A DNA stretch of 42,056 bases from an uncultured Candidatus Saccharibacteria bacterium (GTDB lineage Bacteria; Patescibacteriota; Minisyncoccia; UBA6257; 02-FULL-45-10c). Each line of letters opens with the position of its first letter. The first letter of the stretch is position 1. Both the position numbers and the translations under genes were made by a program. Positions 37,313-42,056 of the stretch are shown one piece after another. Location: positions 1 to 42,056 of the forward strand of contig CAYHBW010000003.1 of the NCBI GenBank assembly GCA_964355085.1, read 5' to 3'. The notes beneath the pieces were generated by a model that saw nothing but the letters and a program-made list of their open reading frames with translations, was not told the origin of the DNA and searched no databases.

Positions 37313-37345
37313 AAAATCCGCTTTACATAAGCGGATTTTTGTTTT
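37313..37345 (+). terminator. groEL terminator
   Basis: AAAATCCGCTT/AAGCGGATTTT. Confidence 0.8.
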
Positions 37346-37378
37346 AAAATATCAAAAGTTCAAATAACGGAGGCGAAC

Positions 37379-37954
37379 ATGGTTTTCGAGACGCATATCA
37401 CTGTCGACGCTGCGAAGATCCAACGCTGGAAGGAATTTTGCGCGGATGCTTTCATTAAGCCGCTTCTCATCCAGCTCTCTCACGGAGAAAATCCGAGGCA
37501 GCTGATGTGCTCCGCCCCTTTTTCCGCGGATCATGATGAGGGCGAACATAAGTCCATGGAGCTTCGGAAGAAAGTCGAGGCGGCCGGATTCAGGGTTCTG
37601 CGGGTGAAGCTGGAATGTCCGCTCGATTATTCCGCGATGTTCCATTATCCGGCCTATTACGAATTCCACATGAAACTGATGCTGGATGAAGCCGGAGCGA
37701 AAAAAATCCCGGCCGTATGCCAGGAATTGGGATTGCGCGCAAGCCGGAATCTTTTCTCGGCAGGCGACGGTTTGCAGAAATGGTATCTTACCGGCAGAGA
37801 CTACATGAGGAACATGATGATCGTAAAGACGGAATTTGAAAGATCGCATCGCCTTACCGAGCAATATCTGGAAGTGGATGGCATGGATATGGAATGCGTG
37901 ATATTCGATACTAATCCCGGTCTTGACCTCGGATGGATTGAAAAATCCGGCTGA
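37379..37954 (+). CDS. Hypothetical protein with two ExH-containing repeats
   Basis: FETHITV...RVKLE / YYEFHMKL; GGAGG SD. Confidence 0.8.
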   Translation: MVFETHITVDAAKIQRWKEFCADAFIKPLLIQLSHGENPRQLMCSAPFSADHDEGEHKSMELRKKVEAAGFRVLRVKLECPLDYSAMFHYPAYYEFHMKLMLDEAGAKKIPAVCQELGLRASRNLFSAGDGLQKWYLTGRDYMRNMMIVKTEFERSHRLTEQYLEVDGMDMECVIFDTNPGLDLGWIEKSG

Positions 37955-37966
37955 AAAGCCGGTTTT

Positions 37967-38455
37967 TTATTTCTCTAAATTTAGAAAAGCATATCCGAGT
38001 CCGTCTTCCGTCCGTTCTTCGCGGGATATCACTTTTTGGAAATCACTGAAATCAGGAAAAAATGCGTCTCCTTCTGCGTCATCATATACGACAGTGAGAT
38101 AAAGTCTGTCCGCATACGGCAATGCCTGTCTGTATATCTCTCCTCCGCCGAGAATGAAAATTTCCGATGGTTCGATTTTCCCGGCTTCTTCGAGCGCCGA
38201 TTCCAAAGACGGGGAGATGATGCATCCGGGCGCTTCGAAACCGGGATTCCTCGTGATTACGATATTAGTGCGGTTGGGGAGCGGCCGTCCGATCGATTCG
38301 AAAGTTTTCCGACCCATTATGACGGCATGGCCGCTTGTGATCGCCTTGAATCTTTTCAGATCTTCCGGAATTTTCCAGAGAAGACGGTTGTTTTTTCCGA
38401 TTACGCGGGTTTTTTCTCCTAACGCGGCAATCATGCTGATTTTCGGCTTGTTCAT
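37967..38455 (-). CDS. folA: Dihydrofolate reductase
   Basis: IG..N.L.W.IPEDLKRFK, IMGRKTFESI.RPLPNR, GGGEIY, GDAFFP. Confidence 0.97.
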   Translation of the reverse strand: MNKPKISMIAALGEKTRVIGKNNRLLWKIPEDLKRFKAITSGHAVIMGRKTFESIGRPLPNRTNIVITRNPGFEAPGCIISPSLESALEEAGKIEPSEIFILGGGEIYRQALPYADRLYLTVVYDDAEGDAFFPDFSDFQKVISREERTEDGLGYAFLNLEK

Positions 38456-38506
38456 TCGGCTCGCAAACGCGGATATTGTCCTTTCAAGACAATATTCCCG
38501 TCGTGT

Positions 38507-39142
38507 TTAAATATCAAGTTTATGTTCGGATTTGAGCTTTTTGATGTCTCCTTTGAGGATGAGATCCACTTCCAGCTGTTCTTCTTTTGCGGCGCCGTCG
38601 ATTATATCCCGCTTGTGATATCTACTCTTTCTCGGATCGACTGTATCTTTCAATTCTTCAAAAACAAGCTGGCAGACGCGCTCTCCGGGATAAAGCCGGA
38701 TGATCTGCGACCTCGTATTGTTGCGAACAGGCAAAGTCAGCTGTCCTTCATATCCCGAATCGATTATCCCCGTGAGATCCAATGAAAGTCCTTTGCGGTT
38801 CGTCGATGAGCGTGGATACAGAACGGCCATCAGGTCTGTCGGAATTTTCACGGACTCGAATGAAGAGATGATTATGTACTCCTGCGGAAGAAGATCGAAA
38901 TATTGTCCCTGCTCCAGTTCCAGGATTTCAAAAAATTCCGAACCGTGGTTTTCCAGAGGATTGATGATAAGCGCCTCCCGTCCTTTCGGAGTCATGCGGA
39001 ACATCTTCGGAATCATGAAAGTGAACCCGAGACGAAGGTCTACGGAATGCGATTGCAGCTGGAAAGAATCCAACCCCGGGACAAATCCGATATCGCCGGC
39101 TTTCGTCCGTTCCAGTATCTGTTTTTTAGTCAAAACTGCCAT
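38507..39142 (-). CDS. dcd: dCTP deaminase
   Basis: SVDLRLG, RSS..RKGL, IDSGYEGQLTL, LYPGERVCQLVF; start at MAVLTKK. Confidence 0.92.
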   Translation of the reverse strand: MAVLTKKQILERTKAGDIGFVPGLDSFQLQSHSVDLRLGFTFMIPKMFRMTPKGREALIINPLENHGSEFFEILELEQGQYFDLLPQEYIIISSFESVKIPTDLMAVLYPRSSTNRKGLSLDLTGIIDSGYEGQLTLPVRNNTRSQIIRLYPGERVCQLVFEELKDTVDPRKSRYHKRDIIDGAAKEEQLEVDLILKGDIKKLKSEHKLDI

Positions 39143-39149
39143 TTGTTCA

Positions 39150-39986
39150 TTATAATACAATTTCCAATCCTTTGATCGCGTCGTTCGGTCCATACTGTCC
39201 GGCAAGATTCCCGACTATCTCCGAAACAAGTTCCGCATCTCCGCGCTCGGCTCTCGAAAATGAATTTTCCGGAAGGTTCAGGACTATCGGCTGATGGTCG
39301 TTATTCCGCCTGATCATTTCTTCCGCGGCCGGATAATGTATGTCATATACGTGAGCGTTGGAAATCGAGTGGGAATATGTCCCGACCCGCACTCCGAGTT
39401 CCTGGGCGATGATGGCCTGCAGAAGCGCGAATCCGGCGACGTCATGCGGGAAACCGAGTATCATGTCGTTGGAACGCACCATATTGTGGAGATTGAGCCG
39501 CCCGCCGATTATATTCACAGTGAAAGTATACGGGCAGGGGACGTTCTTCTTCGCAACTCCTCCAAGTCCGTCGCTGCCGGGATCCCAGGTCACGACTACG
39601 CCATGACGGGAGCTCGGTTCGCGCTTGAGAAGTTCGATGAGTTTTTTGAGCTGGTCTCTTCCGAAATGTTTTCTCCATCTGTATCCGTAGGCGACAGTCA
39701 CGACATCGCCCGGGTTGGTGAATCCGTCCCAGATTTTCGTAAATTCACGCAGAAAATCAGCCGGCTTGCGGCTTCCCATTATGAACCAGACCTGTTCAGC
39801 CACAAAAACTCTTATCGGAATTTTACGAAGCGCAAGGATCGGAAAACCGTCCCGCTCGATATCAAGAGAAAAGTGCAATCCCGCCAATGCCGAGGTTTCA
39901 TGTCCGGTGCGCTCATTTTTTTCCCGCACTCCTTCGGACATTATGCCTTTCAGCATTCCCCGGTATATTTCATCGAACTTTGCCAT
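39150..39986 (-). CDS. thyA: Thymidylate synthase ThyA
   Basis: ERTG, AYGYRWR, SSR, VPC, RSND..LG.P.D, NAHVY; start at MAKFD. Confidence 0.93.
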   Translation of the reverse strand: MAKFDEIYRGMLKGIMSEGVREKNERTGHETSALAGLHFSLDIERDGFPILALRKIPIRVFVAEQVWFIMGSRKPADFLREFTKIWDGFTNPGDVVTVAYGYRWRKHFGRDQLKKLIELLKREPSSRHGVVVTWDPGSDGLGGVAKKNVPCPYTFTVNIIGGRLNLHNMVRSNDMILGFPHDVAGFALLQAIIAQELGVRVGTYSHSISNAHVYDIHYPAAEEMIRRNNDHQPIVLNLPENSFSRAERGDAELVSEIVGNLAGQYGPNDAIKGLEIVL

Positions 39987-40024
39987 TTGTTTAAATTTTA
40001 TGTCGGATTTGTTAAAATGTCTAT

Positions 40025-40516
40025 ATGAAAAAAATAGAGTATCCTTACATGCCGCCTGACCGGAGAATCCATTACGTTCCGGCCGGGAATGAATACATGC
40101 AACTTGCCAAAAAATTTTCAAAGGAGAATTCGCTGGACAAGACGATGCCGACTACAAGCGTGCTCGTAAGAGACGGAAAAGTCATCGCGATGGGAGCCAA
40201 CGGGAGCGATTATCACAGAAACAATATTTGCGAGAGAGTGAAACAGAAAATCCCGACCGGCCAGGGATACGAACTGTGCGAAGGATGCCATCCGAAAAAT
40301 CACAGCGAATCGAAAGCGATCCGGGATGCGATCGCTAAAAATGAGAAAGTCGAAGGCGCCGATCTTTATCTTTGGGGGCATTGGTGGTGCTGCCAGCCAT
40401 GCTGGGATGCCATGCTTTCCCACAATATAGCGAATGTGTACCTGATGGAGGGAAGCGAGAAATTTTTCGACAAGAATCATCCGGAAAATATCGTCGGTCG
40501 GCAATTTGAAGACTAA
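40025..40516 (+). CDS. Zn-dependent cytidine/dCMP deaminase-family protein
   Basis: HSE..AI and CQPC motifs; GxGYELC insert typical of dCMP deaminases. Confidence 0.85.
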   Translation: MKKIEYPYMPPDRRIHYVPAGNEYMQLAKKFSKENSLDKTMPTTSVLVRDGKVIAMGANGSDYHRNNICERVKQKIPTGQGYELCEGCHPKNHSESKAIRDAIAKNEKVEGADLYLWGHWWCCQPCWDAMLSHNIANVYLMEGSEKFFDKNHPENIVGRQFED

Positions 40517-40525
40517 AAGAATATC

Positions 40526-41719
40526 ATGAAAGACAAAAAGATACAGAAACTCCTTGTGCAGGAACGGAAACGTCAAAAAAACGCCATAAATCTGATTGCG
40601 TCGGAAAATTTTGTTTCCAAAGATGTTCTTGAGGCGCTCGGATCCGAACTCACGAATAAATACGCCGAGGGTTATCCCGGCAAGCGCTATTACGGCGGCA
40701 ATGAAGTAGTGGATGAGATAGAAACGCTTTGTCAGCAGCGAGCATTGAAGCTTTTCGGACTTTCGGCGGATAAATGGCATGTGAATGTCCAGCCGCTTTC
40801 CGGTTCTCCCGCGAATGTCGCCGTATACACCGCGCTTGTTCCGCAGGGAGGAAAGATAATGGGCATGGCTTTGGATCAGGGCGGTCATCTTACCCACGGC
40901 CATAAAGTTTCTGCTACCGGAAAATTCTGGCAGCAAGTTCCTTACGGCTTGGATAAAAAAACCGAAACACTGAATTATGACGAATTGAAAAAAATGGCGG
41001 TTGAAAACAGGCCGGACATCATCGTGGCCGGATTCACCGCTTATCCTCGCATAGTGGACTTCAAGAAGTTCCGGGAAATATCCGATTCCGCTGGCGCATA
41101 TCTCATGGTTGACATGTCTCACTTTGCGGGACTGGTCGCCGGGAAAGTTTATCCGTCTCCATTTGAATATGCGGATATCGTGACTACGACCGTCCATAAA
41201 ACCCTGCGCGGACCGAGAAGCGCCATGATTTTTTCAAGATCGGAAGTTCAAAGCAAAAATTCCAAAGGTTCGATTTCTTCTGCGATCGATAAAGCGGTTT
41301 TTCCGGGTCTCCAAGGCGGACCGCACATGAACCAGATCGCCGCGGTAGCCGTCGCCCTAAAAGAAGCCGATTCTCCGGCTTTCAGGAAATATGCGAAGCA
41401 GGTGGTTGAAAACGCCCGGACTCTTGCGGATGAATTGAAGAAATACGGCTGGCGGATCATCTCCGGAGGCACGGATACGCATCTCATACTTATGGACACC
41501 TGGATGGACGGGAAGGGAATTCCCGGCAAGGAAGCGGGAGATCGCCTGGAGAAAACCGGGATCATAGTCAACAAAAACGCGATTCCTTATGATACCCGCC
41601 CGCCATTTGATCCTTCCGGAATCCGCATGGGCTCGGCCGCCGAAACCACCCGCGGGAAAAAAGGAAAAGATTTCAAAAAAATCGCCGCGCGCATCAACGA
41701 AGTGCTTTCGAAAAAATAG
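40526..41719 (+). CDS. glyA: Serine hydroxymethyltransferase
   Basis: LIASEN, KYAEGYPGKRYYGG, GGHLTHG, TTTVHKTLRGPR, FPGLQGGP. Confidence 0.98.
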   Translation: MKDKKIQKLLVQERKRQKNAINLIASENFVSKDVLEALGSELTNKYAEGYPGKRYYGGNEVVDEIETLCQQRALKLFGLSADKWHVNVQPLSGSPANVAVYTALVPQGGKIMGMALDQGGHLTHGHKVSATGKFWQQVPYGLDKKTETLNYDELKKMAVENRPDIIVAGFTAYPRIVDFKKFREISDSAGAYLMVDMSHFAGLVAGKVYPSPFEYADIVTTTVHKTLRGPRSAMIFSRSEVQSKNSKGSISSAIDKAVFPGLQGGPHMNQIAAVAVALKEADSPAFRKYAKQVVENARTLADELKKYGWRIISGGTDTHLILMDTWMDGKGIPGKEAGDRLEKTGIIVNKNAIPYDTRPPFDPSGIRMGSAAETTRGKKGKDFKKIAARINEVLSKK

Positions 41720-41786
41720 GCGCGTGATTGACCGGTAATTTCTTTTGCATTAAACTGCCATCAGAACACCTGAAGACGGGAACGCG

Positions 41787-42056
41787 ATGAAAAGAATCCT
41801 GATCGTCCTCGCTCTTTCCGCTCTCTCATTTCCGGTATATGCCGAATCGCCGACAAATGATAAAAACTCCGACTCCGGAAAAGCGTTTCTCAATCTGCCG
41901 TTCAAGAGCGTCCAAACAACCGGTGGCAGCACATGTTCCGTCAATTTTCATGACGTGACAGTTGAGAACAATATAAGAAACATTTCCGTGGATATCGACT
42001 CCGTAACAGTCCTCTTGATCCAGAGCCCGGAAATCTATACGACTCTGGACCTGCAT
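41787..42056 (+). CDS. Secreted hypothetical protein (partial, runs off the window)
   Basis: MKRILIVLALSALSFPVYA signal peptide; frame open to the window end. Confidence 0.7.
   Translation, partial: MKRILIVLALSALSFPVYAESPTNDKNSDSGKAFLNLPFKSVQTTGGSTCSVNFHDVTVENNIRNISVDIDSVTVLLIQSPEIYTTLDLH

Noticed and set aside
39150-40121. Upstream-extended starts for thyA (40121) and dcd (39205)
   Set aside because: The extensions overlap neighbouring genes; internal ATGs at 39986 and 39142 follow -10 boxes and match family N-termini
40118-41197. 359-aa minus-strand ORF and other long antisense ORFs (4529-5164, 29492-30112, 35648-36205, 39294-40028)
   Set aside because: They overlap well-supported genes on the opposite strand and carry no motifs

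Overview
A 42 kb bacterial chromosomal window. Gene content, shortened enzyme variants, near-leaderless core genes and repeat types suggest Patescibacteria/CPR (Parcubacteria-like); this is inference. The genetic code is standard. Housekeeping genes include typA, dnaX, scpA/scpB, a DD-carboxypeptidase, mraY, ndh, pgk, recJ-like, rnhA, rnpB (RNase P RNA), obgE, an rRNA pseudouridine synthase, tRNA-Gln, sod, fmt/def, thpR, ctpA, rpmA, rmuC, CIRCE-groES/groEL and a folA-dcd-thyA / deaminase-glyA thymidylate cluster. These are interspersed with many self-contained accessory single-gene units (promoter + Shine-Dalgarno + ORF + terminator). The most unusual content is non-coding: (1) a ~530-nt highly structured promoter-to-terminator transcript with no convincing ORF (17533-18061, minus); (2) a ~275-nt transcript upstream of dnaX holding an aberrant tRNA-Trp(CCA)-like cloverleaf locked in an extended stem, plus a second related domain; (3) a GIY-YIG nuclease gene overlapping tRNA-Gln, preceded by duplicated tRNA 5' fragments interrupted by 26-bp palindromes; (4) a ~140-nt five-hairpin RNA and a leader-peptide attenuator; (5) a 269-bp MITE-like element; (6) a family of degenerate AAAGT/TAGTT short tandem repeats at gene junctions, one copy lying inside rnhA. 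groES carries an in-frame TAA, and there are two caspase-fold-like proteins. All calls were made by eye from motifs; no searches were run.
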